Numbered from the stretch's first letter, positions 1 through 17,585 are shown. The stretch: DNA of 64,000 nucleotides from Blastocystis sp. Blastoise (GCA_039096225.1 JBBPEB010000015.1:2418001-2482000), one strand, 5' to 3'. Notes: generated by a model not told the origin, from the sequence alone. Made by a program: numbers and translations.

Positions 1-6
1 TCAAAT

Positions 7-455
7 GTGAAAAGAAGATTATCTAGATTAGCTTTAAAGCGTTGGTCTAATAATAAAACAATAAATCGATTTAATAGATTTGTAGAAGAGAGATTATATG
101 ATCATATTCGATGTTACCCTATAGAAGATTCAAATCATAATCCTACTATGACTCCTGAATTAATAGAATCATTTAATAAGAGTTGTGAATATGTATTTAA
201 TGAAATATATAGATGGATATCACAATGTGATAGAGGAAGAATAAATCATAATGATAGATATAATAATAATAATAGAGATGTAGGTAGTTCAGCTAATGAA
301 GATCGTAATTATCATAATGAAACTAGAAATAGAAATCATCATTTTCATGATAATAATAGATTTAATAATAATAATAATAATAGAAGATATATTAGAAGAT
401 ATAATAATAATAGAAATCAAAGAAGATATAATAATAATAATAGAAATACTAGAAG

Positions 456-490
<35 letters not shown>

Positions 491-2178
491 GAAATCATAA
501 TAATAATAATAATAATAATAATAGAAATACTAGAAATTTAAATACAAATAGAAATGAAAGAAGAATGAATAATGAAATGGAAATTGAAACTGAATCTGAG
601 AATACTAATAATACTAATACTAATTCTAATCAAATTAATTCTTCTAATTCTAATACTTCTAATAATGATACTCAATCAGAAAGAGAATCTAATATTAATA
701 ATTCTAATAATAATCGTTCTAATACTCATTCTAATAATAATTCTAATAATCGTTCTAATACTCATTCTAATAATAATTCTAATAATAATAATAGATATAA
801 TAGAAATAGAAATAATAATTATCATTCAAATAATAATAATAATAGATTTAATTATAATATAAATGATGAGAATGAATTGAATGAAGAATTAATAAATTCA
901 GAAATTCAATATTATAAGAAAGTATCTAAACTTCTTAATGAATGTATTCAATCTATTAATACATTTACTTCTCAAATATCTATGAATAATAATAATTCCA
1001 TTTCTATTCAATCTTCTATAAATATATTTATAGGTAAATTAGTAGAAATATATGAAATGAATACAGAAGAACCTATATTAGGTACTATATTAGAAAATCT
1101 AAATATATCAAATATTAATGAATCTATTAATATAATGAATATAGATTTATGGAATGATAGTAAGAATTCATTAAATCATTTTTATGATAATTCAAAAAGA
1201 ATGATTGAAGATTTATTAAAGAATAAAGAGAATATAAAGAATCATAGAGAAGCATCTAAAATAAGAAAAGATTTTGAAATTAATTCTAAATCTACTCTTC
1301 GTTCTCAAATATGGAATAATAATATTGGAGAACATTGTACTATTCCTCCTGATACTCTTACTCAATTATATTCTGATTTATATTCCTCTCATGAATCTAA
1401 TACTAATTCTACTTCTACTCCTCCTCCTTTATGGTTATCTTCTAATATTTCTACTATACCTGAAAATTCTTCTTCTTTCAATATTATTAAATTTAAAGAT
1501 GTTACTAGAATTCTAAGGAAACTTCCTAATAATAGTACTCCTGGTGCTAATGGAATTCCTTATGAAATCTATAAAAGAAGTACTTCTGCTAGATTATTAT
1601 TAACTTATATCTTAGAAGTATGTAGATATAATGAAATTACTTTAAATAGTTGGAATGAATCTATTACTTGGTTATTAGATAAAGGAAAAGATGATAAATC
1701 TTCTTTAAATAATTGGAGACCTTTATGTCTTCAAAATGTAGAATCAAAAATATTTTCTTCTCTTATAGTAGATTATATTAATAATATTAATAATTCTTAT
1801 CATATTATATCTTCTTATCAAAAAGGATTTACTCCTAGTGTAGCTGGTTGTGAAGATCTTAATTATATTCTTAGTAATATCATAGCTGATTTTAAATTAA
1901 AAAGACTAAGAAATTCTAATTTATTAATTAATTTCTTAGATTTAGAAAAAGCTTATGATACTGTTCCTCATAAGATATTATTAAATATTCTTCATATGAT
2001 GAATTTTCCTAATAATATTATTAATATAATAAAGAGTTGGTATGATAATGCTTCTACTAAAATTAGATATGATAATCATCAATATACTTCTTCTATTCAT
2101 CTTCATAGAGGTATTCGTCAAGGTGATCCTCTTTCTCCTCTATTATTTAATATTATTATAGATCCTCTTCTTAAATAT

Positions 2179-2209
<31 letters not shown>

Positions 2210-4178
2210 TGAAAGTACAAATAAAAGATAATGATACTATAATATTAGAATCAAATGCATATGCTTATGCTGATGATATAGTATTATTATCAAATTGTAC
2301 TAATGATAATAATATTTTATTAGAAAGAGTAGGTGAAGTATTAGATTATTATTCTATGAAATTGAGTGTTTCAAAATGTAAATGTATGGGAATGAAGATG
2401 AGTGATGATAGAAATAGAAAATTAGAATATACTATTACTCCTCCTATTTATAAGAATGAATCAATTCCTATAATGACTGAAGAAGAAACTGTAAGATATC
2501 TTGGTTGTCCTATTTCTTATATATATACAAAGAGAAGAGAATTTTGGGTAGATAATATAAAGAAAGTAAGTGAACGATTATCTTGTTTAAATAATAGTTT
2601 ATTAACTCCTTGTCAAAAAATTAATGTAGTAAAACAATATATCTTACCTTGTTTAGAATTCTTATTTAGAAATGGTGATATGAATAAGAATAATATTACT
2701 CTTATTGATACTACTATAAAACAATATATAATGAATTGGTTAGGAACTGGTACTAATCTACCTTCTCACTTCTTTAGTACTCCTATTAATAATGGTGGTT
2801 TAGGTATTATGCAATTAATTGATAGATATTATATAGGAAAGATATCTTTAATTGCGAGAATGGCTGTTTCTGATGATCCTCAAATTAGAAATATTCTTCA
2901 ATATACTATTAATAAATCTTCATTAACTAATGATTTATTTATGATACCTAATCCTATTGATTACTTAGATAATAATAATAATAATAATAATAATATTCCT
3001 GAAAATCATAAGAATGATTTATTATTCTTTCAATGGTTAATTAATGATAATCATAAAATAGTAAAAGGAAGAATAGAAAATGGTAATATAATAATACATG
3101 ATACTCCTTATGAATCATTAACAAATTTCTTTCCTTATCTTCGTAAAGCTGTAGATGCTGCTTATAAACTTGGTGTTAATATAGCTTATATAGATGCTAA
3201 TGATATATCTCTAGGTATTAAAATAAAATTAATAGATAAAGATATTCCTGAATTAAATACTACTATTCCTTATGAGAAAGTAAGAAGAACGATATGTAAA
3301 GAAATTAATAACTTATTGAAGAAGAAACATTCAAAACAATTATTAAATAATTATGAAAATACTTATTATTATAAATATTTAGATAATAACATAGAAAGTA
3401 ATAGATGGTTATTTAATGGTAAGAGATGTCATCCTATGAAATATTCTGCTTTAATTAATATAAGAATGAGAACAGCATTTACTGGTTCTCAATCTTTCTT
3501 ATATAATAAGAAGAGATCTCCTAAGATTAATGATACTGAAGCTCTTTGTCCTTATTGTTTAGAACATAATAAAAGAGCTATTCATAACTTGAATCATATT
3601 CTTACTACATGTGATAGAATCACAGATAATAATGGAATAGGTGGATTAATTACAAATAGACATAATCAAATATTAAATAATTTATATAAGAAATTAATAA
3701 GAAAATATAAATTAGGAGAATATAGAATAAGTATAGATAAATCATTATCAACTTCCTTTGGTAATGATATATTTAATAGAAATATGAATAATCTTCGTCC
3801 TGATATAGTAATTATTCCTACAAATCCAAATAACAAAGATATAATAATAGCAGATGTAGGTATAGCATATGAAGGATCTTCTAATCAAATAGATCCTCTT
3901 CAAACAATGAAACAGAAGAAAGATCATGATTATGATAATGTAATAGAAATATTGAATAATAATGGTTATAGAGTGAGTAATTATTCTTTAATCTTTGGTT
4001 CTTCTGGAGTTATTCCTAAAGATACTTTAAATAATCTTAGAAAGATATTAGATATTTCTAAGAAGAATGTATCTTACTATGCTTCTATATTAAATAATAT
4101 TATCCTAGATTGGTCATATAAATTCTGGTTAAAATCTCTTCCTGATAGTCATACTATCTCTACTCATTTAAGAGATTC

Positions 4179-4249
<71 letters not shown>

Positions 4250-4260
4250 TATCTCAATAA
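7..4260 (+). CDS. Retrotransposon protein: reverse transcriptase, CCHC zinc knuckle and restriction-like endonuclease (5'-partial; frame is open from base 1)
   Basis: RT motifs in order: PGANGIPYE, WRPLCLQN, QKGF, FLDLEKAYDTVPH, GIRQGDPLSPLLF, YADD, RYLG, GGLGI. Then CPYC...HILTTC, RHN, RPDIVI...IADVGI...KDHDY and IFGSSG. Confidence 0.96.
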
Positions 4261-4560
4261 TTTAAATTAATATATCATATTAATTTATCTTTTATTGATA
4301 TTTTATTCATTTACTTTCTTTTATTTTCAACTTCTTTCTACTATTCATTCTATATTATTTTAATACTTCATACTTCTATATATACTCAAAATCAATCATT
4401 TTCTTCTTATTTCTTCATTATATTCTTCTATTATCAATTCTATTCAAATATCTACGATTTATATGTAATTATCTTTATGTTAAATGAAGTCTTCAATTTT
4501 ACTAGATTTTATATATATACCTTACATATAGTATTAATTATTAATTTTATTCAAAATTTT

Positions 4561-5262
4561 ATGATTGTGTCCCAAAACACAATTAATAGTTGATATTATA
4601 TTTATATATATATAATCAATTGAAATTTTCAAATTTCGAACTCTAATGGAATCAGGAAATCGATTTATGTTTTGGAATATATATATACTTTTATATATAC
4701 ATTTTCATATAGACGTCCTCTCTAAAATCGATTTTTCATTACCTTCTAGATGGTCTTATAGGCTCTATTATACCTCAAACATCTTGTATTGAGCTATATT
4801 TGGTTTATTTATCATTCAAATTTTGATTCTGAAAATTTCATTTTTTATGATATTTTTCACTATTTCAAAATTTTGACTAAGTTACCCAAAAAATTAATTT
4901 CCTTATTTGTGTTCCAAAACACAATAAAATCCAACTAGGATATCTATCAACTACAAATAAGTTGTTTTCTTCGAATTTAGAATTCTAATAGAGTCAAGAG
5001 AACTAATTTAATGTTTTCACATTATCTCTCCTATTACTAAGTCAAGCCGAAATTAACTTAAAAATATCGAGTTTTCCAAAATTTTAAAATTTCATTAGAT
5101 ACTACTCCTTCCTCTTCATATTAATATATATTCCAATTTTCGTAAGTCTCTCTACTTTACTACTTATACATCATTTTATACTAAAAATTTCAATATACTT
5201 CTCATTATTATCGTTTTTTCTCAGTATTCAAAGCGCACATGATTGTGTTCCTTGGCAATAAT
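4561..5262 (+). repeat. Degenerate ~340-bp periodic repeat in the putative 3' UTR, each unit marked by a TTGTGT-loop-ACACAA hairpin
   Basis: Hairpin motif at 4564-4583, 4907-4924 and (degenerate) 5242-5259. A second shared block at 4631-4673 vs 4973-5017 has the same 342-bp offset. Confidence 0.6.
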
Positions 5263-5886
5263 ATTGTTCATTACTTCTACTACTACATTTCTTATTAAAT
5301 AAATATTCTCATATTTCTTATTTTTCATCTTCATTTTTATACTTTTATCAAAATCATGATTCTCATTTCTTATCATATACTCTATATTCTATTAACTGAT
5401 TCTCTCTTAAATATTTTTCATCCAACACTTATTTTTTCTCATATGATGAATTATTTCATCTCATTATTAAATCCATCTTTTTTATTCTATTTTGATCTCT
5501 CTTTCTCTCTATTATCACAAATTTATATAGTTCAATAAGGTTTTTATATATACATATATATATATATATATAGATTTCTCTCCTCTATATATATATATAT
5601 AAACCATATTTTATTTTTCTTTTATATATTTATTTTATAATTTTATTTCATTTAAAATAGGACATATTTTAATATAATATTAATTAATTTTAATAATAAA
5701 ATAAAAATATTTTTATAATATTTTTTTATATAATATATTACTATGCCTTATATTTATATATATATACATATATATAAATATAATATTATGACCTTTGTTT
5801 TATTAATAATATAAGATTTCTTTAATTTTATTATCATATATCTTATATTATCTAAAGATATATATATATATAGATATTTTATCATA

Positions 5887-6048
5887 TATATAGTTAGGAA
5901 CTATATAGATCAAAAACTCCTACCTATCCTGTCCTATAGGCAAAAAATTAAAAAACTAAAACTTTTTTTATAATTCTTGTTTTTGACGTCCCTCTTTGGA
6001 TGTCTTTTTTTCCATGCTGACATGGAGTTTTTGTTTAGTTTTTGATCT
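5887..6048 (+). other. Compact structured RNA element near the 3' end of the retrotransposon
   Basis: Helices 5887-5895/5899-5907, 5923-5927/5936-5940, 5985-5991/5998-6004 (one G-U) and 6011-6016/6021-6026, plus a 12-bp long-range pair 5907-5918/6037-6048. Confidence 0.55.
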
Positions 6049-6141
6049 TAAAATAAAGTTGACTTTCTCAATTTTATTATTATTTTATTTTTATTTGTGT
6101 TTCTCTGTTCCTTATCTTTCTTTTCTCTTGTTTAAATTAAT

Positions 6142-6164
6142 TGGTTCGATCCCGGGTCAAGGCG
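6142..6164 (+). tRNA. Orphan 3' fragment of a tRNA gene (T-arm/B-box, 3' acceptor strand, discriminator); isotype undetermined, Phe-like T-arm
   Basis: TGGTTCGATCCCGGGTCAAGGCG parses as GG-TTCGATC-CCGGG T-arm + TCAAGGC acceptor strand + N73. No D-arm, anticodon arm or complementary GCCTTGA strand upstream. Confidence 0.8.
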
Positions 6165-6165
6165 A

Positions 6166-6186
6166 TTTCTTTTTTCTTTTCTTTTA
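6166..6186 (+). terminator. Pol III-type oligo(T) terminator of the interrupted tRNA gene
   Basis: TTTCTTTTTTCTTTT starts 2 nt after the discriminator position. Confidence 0.55.
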
Positions 6187-6864
6187 TTATTCTTCTATTG
6201 CTTGTATCTAAAAGAAAATGCTTCTTTTTTGATGCTTTGGATTATGTATAATTATAAAACGTATTTATTATGCCTAATAGGAGAGTCTAATTGATTTGAT
6301 TTTTTTTTCGTGTTTTAAATAAAGTTATAGGGATGTTTAAACGTATATATATGCAGCATAAAATAACAAAGAAATGATAACACTCATTTTTAAAAATGAA
6401 ACACATTAGTTTTGCATCCGTTTTTTTATTAAAAGTTTTTAAAACACTATAAGAAAATGAGGGTGACATAGATGAGAATGAATAAGTAATATAATATAAA
6501 AGGCTTTCATTATTTTCGTATTATTACAAAAATGATTGATTTTGATAATATATAAGTCTATTTATAATATAATGTGTTCATACTCTGTTCAATGAATATA
6601 TTCATGTGACATAATAAAATGTATATGACAGATTCATTTTTTAAAATAAAAATGTAACTGTGAAAATTTCACATTCTAAAGAGCGACTCTTAGATATTTT
6701 AATTGAAACTAAAAAAACTAAAATAAAATAGATGATAATATAGAATTGGATTTTAAAAGATTTAAACAAATATAAGTAGAGATACGAATAAGAATTATTG
6801 ATTATATAGAAAAAGAAATATATTTTGTATATAATACTATTGCTCTCCTCTTCATATTCTACAA

Positions 6865-8265
6865 TTATTGTTTCATACATGGATAGGGTCCTACAGGATT
6901 AGATCGGCCATCTCCAAAGGTAGGACTGGCGGCTATACCTCTCCAATTCAAAACACAACGCTGATAAGCTAAACGTTCACCTGCAGTAGTAATATTAATA
7001 TGTTCAGGAGCAGTCCAGAGAGGCTCAGCACCAGCAAAACCACGGGGATAAATTGTTTGTTCCAAATCAGAGATATCAACTATATTTTGAATATATAAGT
7101 AATGAATATAAATATAGAATAAAAGAATAAAATAGAGAATAGAATAAGTATGAATGTGATATAATAGATAGAAGAATAGTCACATCTTATTATAATAAGT
7201 ATATATATATATATATACCCCATTCTCCCCACATACATAATTCCCCTCCGAGAACAAGTTTCTGTTTTTCAGGATCTTCAATATCAGCAATAGGATTGAC
7301 ATTATAGAATGTATCCCACTGAGCCCATAATTTAGGAAGGTACCATTGTCTAGCATGAGTATAGATTCCTATATAATAATATATAATAGTATATAATAAT
7401 AAACAAATATAATCATTGATAAATATAACAGAATAAAAACATGATATATATATATATATATATACCTTGATAGCCAGCATCAACAACGCGTTTCATAGCT
7501 CCACTACCTGCAAGCCATGTCTCAATAATACTTCCTTTAGGAGCATTAAAATTATTAAAAACTTCTTCCCAATATATAGCTGTTTTAGAATACTTAATAA
7601 CTATTTCATGAACCTATAGAATTATAATTAATATAATAATAAGTAAAAGATACACAACAATAATTATAATCATAAGAAATATATATACTCTCTTAATGAA
7701 GTATTCATAGGTATTTGTAACAGTATAATTATGAGCAGCCATCCAATCAGATACGGAAGGTGTACTGGTCCAACATGTAGTATTAACCTTTATAGAATAT
7801 GTATATAACTATATGTATATAACCATATATTTATATATACTTCATCTCCACCAACGTGGAAATAAGCATCAGGAAAAACTTTAACTATATATATATAAAT
7901 AGAAAAATAGAAGATATAAATATATATATATACCTAAAGATTTGACCATAGTCTCAATAACTTCGAATGTATGTTCATTTGCAGGATTCAGAGGACTTAA
8001 GCAAGTTTCAGAAGGACATATACTAGGATCTGATTTACACCAAATTGCAGCATGTCCAGGAACATCGATTTCAGGAATAACTCGAATACCTCTTTGACGA
8101 GCATATTCAACTAATTCGACAGTATCTTCAATAGTATATCTCTCATAAGGAGAGAAGGAGGAGGGGAACATATCTATACCCAGAATCTCCATAGGGAAAG
8201 AATCTTCATCGGATATATGCCAGTGGAGAGTATTCAATTTGGTCATTGCCATACTATCAATAACC

Positions 8266-8360
<95 letters not shown>

Positions 8361-9350
8361 TATCTAATAATAATAATAATAATAATAATATACGGAGCGA
8401 ATGGCTTTGGCGGGAAGGAAATGGCGGGAAGTATCGATCATGAGTCCTCGGTACTAGAGAATAATATAAATATAAATATATTTTAGAATCATGATAAAAT
8501 ATTGAACAATAATATATCAAATTCATTTTTTATATTAATAAAAATGCTCAAGTTATATATATATATATATATTTATGAATAGCAGCCAATAATAATATTG
8601 AAATTAAATAAACACTTAAGTAATATTAGATATAATAATATATATATATATATCTACGGAGTAGAATGGTTTATCATCAATAATCCAAGGGACACGGTGA
8701 ATAGTATAGCTATGAGTTGAAGGTATATAACGAATTAATTGAGATAGAGTCATCAATGCATGATAATAACCATAAATACAATTGGCGGTAATTTGAATCG
8801 TATTTCCAGTTTCAGGAACAAGAAGTGAATAAGATTCATCCATACCTTGAGATAAAGGACAAGTGTAATTTGAAATAGAAACTTCAAGAGTATCATAGTC
8901 ATCGTCATTAACTAAGGAGTTTTTATGAATATACAATAGATCTACCATTCTTTTGAATGCATTTTCAGCATCAACATTAGATGAATTGATGTCTAACTTA
9001 AGATCTTTCAAGTTTACAGTCCTTATTTCATCACCACTTTCATAATTATTTGGTCTAGGCCAAAGTATGAAATCAGGTTCATTTCCAGAAGGAACAAAAA
9101 TATCTTTAATTAAATAAATATCAACGAGTTGTTCGTAAGCTATATATCCACCTTTCTTCTTTAACCAACCGGCAGTATTGAAACCAATGCAATCCTTAGC
9201 TGCATCACAAGCAGCCATCATTTGTTCAGGAGATTGATAAGGAACCTTATATAAATCGGCATTCCACCAGTCGGAACGAACATATTTATTATAGTCTCTT
9301 GCAGAGACAACACACAAAAACAGTATACCAACGACAAAAACAGTCTTCAT
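6865..9350 (-). CDS. Secreted beta-N-acetylhexosaminidase (GH20), multi-exon
   Basis: Signal peptide MKTVFVVGILFLCVVSA; LWPRP, DESYSL, RGLMIDTSRHF, LHWHISDEDSFP, IPEIDVPGHA, catalytic FHVGGDE, VLGGELCMWGE, IYPRGFAGAEPLW; TAA at 6865-6867. Confidence 0.93.
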
Positions 9351-10695
9351 TCTTTAATAACAACACAAAACAAATAGTGTTTTCTATTTCTTTTTATAGA
9401 TTACTATTTCTCGTTTTTGTGGTGACAGACATGATTCCATTTTTAAGTGAATAATTATGAAATAATCATGGAATCGTAAAAATAAATTTATTTTTTGTTT
9501 CTAGAATATATAAAGGGTATCAACGTAGATTAAACAAAAGGCACAAGTCATATCATTACGAAGATTGAATGTTTGAAATAAATCTGCAATACTCTATATG
9601 ATTACCACTAATAATTCTGTTTCTTGAATGAAAAAACTTATAAAGCTTATCTAAAAATATAAAGAATCATCGTATATAAAATATATATAACAATGAATGC
9701 CATTTAAAAACAAAACAAAAACGATAATGAATAATAATTGGCCATAAGAATCACTGGCTGATCAGAAAACATCATAGTGAATATATATTGAGAACATTAA
9801 AGCATTATTCATTAATCCTTAAGAGAACACTCATACAATTTTATAATAATCAGAGGTTTCTTTTGCTGTCAAGTTGCTGAAAGAGATATAAATACTAGTA
9901 TGCTTGCAATACATAATACAAATATTGTAGTAAAGCTAAATCTAGCTTTATCAGTGAATTACTGATTAATTTTTTTAAATTTTCAAGCTAATACTTGAAA
10001 TGATAAAACAACTAAGTTTCATAATACTTGATATTTTTTGCCATTTCTTCTCGTTGTGAATGTTTCTTCATTTGGAGAAATACAATAAAAAAAGTCAATA
10101 AAAAAGTATACCGTTTTGTCACGAAAAACTATTCAATTGATTAAAATAAAAACATAAATAATCAAATGAGAGATAATTCATCAGGAGAATTATACAAATA
10201 TATCGAGGAGTTAAGTTATGAAGCAGTTTCGCAAACATTTTCACTTTGCCACTTATACATCAACCAGTTACATTACTATATTATGAGAATAAATCACATT
10301 ACGAATCAAGGAAAATACATTAATTTAGAGTCAAACAGACAAAAGAAAAAATGAATCAAATCGTTAACTTTGTCTTTAAAAAGAAAAATGCAACTATTTT
10401 CTAACGAAGATATAGTGAAAAACGCGTAAAGAATGAAATATTTATACGTTAAAAAAAGAAAATGTGATTCCATATGAATATATCCATAAAAACTAGTTAA
10501 ACTTCTCTACATACACTGTGCTCTTCATGCACGAAGACCTAATTAGAAGAATCGATGTAATTTCACAAATAAAAGACTAAATAAAAGTTGCTTGGAAAAT
10601 TTGGTTTTTTAAGAAATTCGCCTATTATTTTATAATATTTCTGGGAATTATCAAAAGGAAAAATTCTTTACTATTTCAGATTTAGCACTTCAATA

Positions 10696-15381
<4,686 letters not shown>

Positions 15382-16065
15382 TCATAAAACTATATTTTCT
15401 ATATCTATATATATTCATTTATACATCTATTTCTATATTTCATTTATCAATCTATTTCTGAGAGTATATATCTTTTTGTGTTATTATGCTAATCTATTTT
15501 ATTTATGAAATATATTTGTTTTTTAAATACGAAAGTCATGACATCATTGTTACCATTTTTTGTTGCTATTTAAAAATAGTTTTTCATTATTATCAGAGTA
15601 TTTATAATACTACAAAGTAAAATTAATAAATCCATAAACTTGATAGTCAAAAAGAGAATTTACAACAATGACAAAAAAATGTCAATCAGATTCAAGTAAT
15701 TCAAAATTAATAAATACATGTGATTTTGCTTTACAATATTTTTTTATGATATATATGTTATGTACAGAAGCATGTTATATGCTCATTTTATTAAAATATA
15801 TGAATGATTATATTCAATTTTTGCTAAATTTACTGCTAATTCTTTTTAATTATATTCATTTATTTTTTTTAAAGATAAAAGCATAACATATACAATCAAA
15901 AAAAGAATTACGAATTATTTCTTCAAAGTATGAGAAATCTTCGTTTTATGTGAGAATGTTTTTTTGTGGTTTTTTACTATCAAATATTGATATATGAATT
16001 GAGAGATTATTATAATTCTAATATTTAAATAAATAGCTCATTCAATAGATAAAAAAAGAGAGTGA

Positions 16066-16834
16066 ATGTTGTCATTATTATTAAAAAGAAGTTTATCAAC
16101 AGGAGGAATGAATATGGAGAAGAAAGTTTCAGTATATATATATGTTAATGAATTATTTTAAAAAAGTAGAACAATAAAATGAATAATATATAATATATAT
16201 ATAGAGATATGTAGTGTTTTCTGTATATCGTTATAATCCTGAAGTTGACAATAAGCCTCGAATGGAGAAACGAGTTGTTGATATAAGCAAGTACATTTAT
16301 ATATTTATTGAAGAATATATATATATATAGGTGTGGAACAATGGTATTAGATGCTTTATTCGCAATCAAACAACAGGATCCTACATTCAATTTTAGAAGG
16401 TATTTATTATGTTTATTATTTATTATTTATTATTTATTATATTATTATTTATTTATTATATTATTATGTTTATTATTTATTATATTATTTATTTATTATG
16501 TTTATTTATTATATTATTATTTATTATATTATTATTTGATGTATATACTATAATAGATCTTGCCGTGAAGGTATCTGTGGTAGTTGTGCGATGAATATCA
16601 ATGGTCAGAATGCATTAGCTTGTCTTACTCCCATTGTTGATGGTGTTCATGTTACAAATAAATGTCAGAAACGAAGTATTAATGTTCGTCCACTTCCTCA
16701 TATGTATGTATTAAAAGATCTTATTGTGGATATGACATTATTTTATGAGCAATATTCTTATATTAAACCTTATTTGATGAAAAAAACTAAAGATACAAAT
16801 TATGATATTGAAAATTTACAAGTATATAATATAT

Positions 16835-16872
<38 letters not shown>

Positions 16873-17298
16873 CTGAAGATCGTGCTCGTCTTGACGGTTT
16901 ATATGAATGTATTTTATGTGGTTGTTGTACTGCTTCATGTCCTTCCTATTGGTGGAATCCTGATAAATATCTTGGCCCTGCAGGTATATTCTATATTATA
17001 TAATAATAAACATAATAAACATAATAAACATAATAAACATAATAAACATAATAAACATATAGTTCTTCAACAAGCATATCGATGGATTGCTGATTCACGT
17101 GATGAATTCACAAGAGAACGTCTTTTAGAATTAGATGATGTATGGAAATTATATCGTTGTCATGGAATTATGAATTGTACAGTTTGTTGTCCAAAGAATC
17201 TTGTTCCTGGACGATCTATCTTTAAAATCAAACAAGCAATTAAACATTTATCTCCTTCTGAAAAAGATAAAGAAGTTCAAAATTGGGATATTGATTAA
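16066..17298 (+). CDS. SDHB: Succinate dehydrogenase/fumarate reductase iron-sulfur subunit, multi-exon
   Basis: Presequence-like [11 protein letters not shown]; CGTMVLDAL; 2Fe-2S motif [16 protein letters not shown]; [17 protein letters not shown]; [13 protein letters not shown]. Confidence 0.97.
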
Positions 17299-17585
17299 TT
17301 ATTGATTAATTATTATTATTCTCTATCTATATTCATTATTTCATTTATATATATATATTTTTAATAATAATATATTGTTATTTAAATATTAAAAATATAT
17401 ATATATAATAGTTTAACATTGTTGTTTAAAATATCATGGAATAATTTTTCTTTCTTTTATTAAAGAATAACAATAATAATAAAACAAAATACAAAATAAA
17501 ACAAATAAAATATATATATTAAAAAAAAAATTAATAATTATTTTTTTTACTTCTTTTCATTATTATCTATTTCTACATTAATATT

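Larger units (their letters stand above)
1..6141 (+). mobile_element. Non-LTR retrotransposon of the RLE (R2/NeSL/Utopia-like) class; 5' end lies outside the window; 3' boundary inferred at the junction with a tRNA fragment
   Basis: Single intronless RT-CCHC-RLE ORF followed by ~1.9 kb of non-coding, structured sequence that ends at TTTAAATTAAT|TGGTTCGATCCC. The 3' boundary is an inference. Confidence 0.85.

Noticed and set aside
7-4260. Telomerase, group II intron, retron or LINE-1-type RT
   Set aside because: The C-terminal CCHC plus PD..D..K endonuclease is the RLE-type non-LTR architecture, and no APE domain is visible.
4561-5262. CRISPR-like array beside an RT
   Set aside because: Only three degenerate units with ~340-bp spacing, partly homologous spacers, no cas genes and a eukaryotic context.
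6050-6164. Complete or intron-containing tRNA gene
   Set aside because: No A-box, D-arm, anticodon arm or 5' acceptor strand is visible upstream.
5996-6211. 71-aa ORF spanning the tRNA fragment
   Set aside because: TTG start and Phe/Leu-rich from T-runs; better explained as UTR, tRNA remnant and terminator.
9351-10695. Possible ncRNA or gene in the long divergent intergenic region (also 44275-45076)
   Set aside because: No tRNA, snRNA or snoRNA signature and no convincing ORF seen by eye; an Infernal/Rfam scan would be needed to exclude one.
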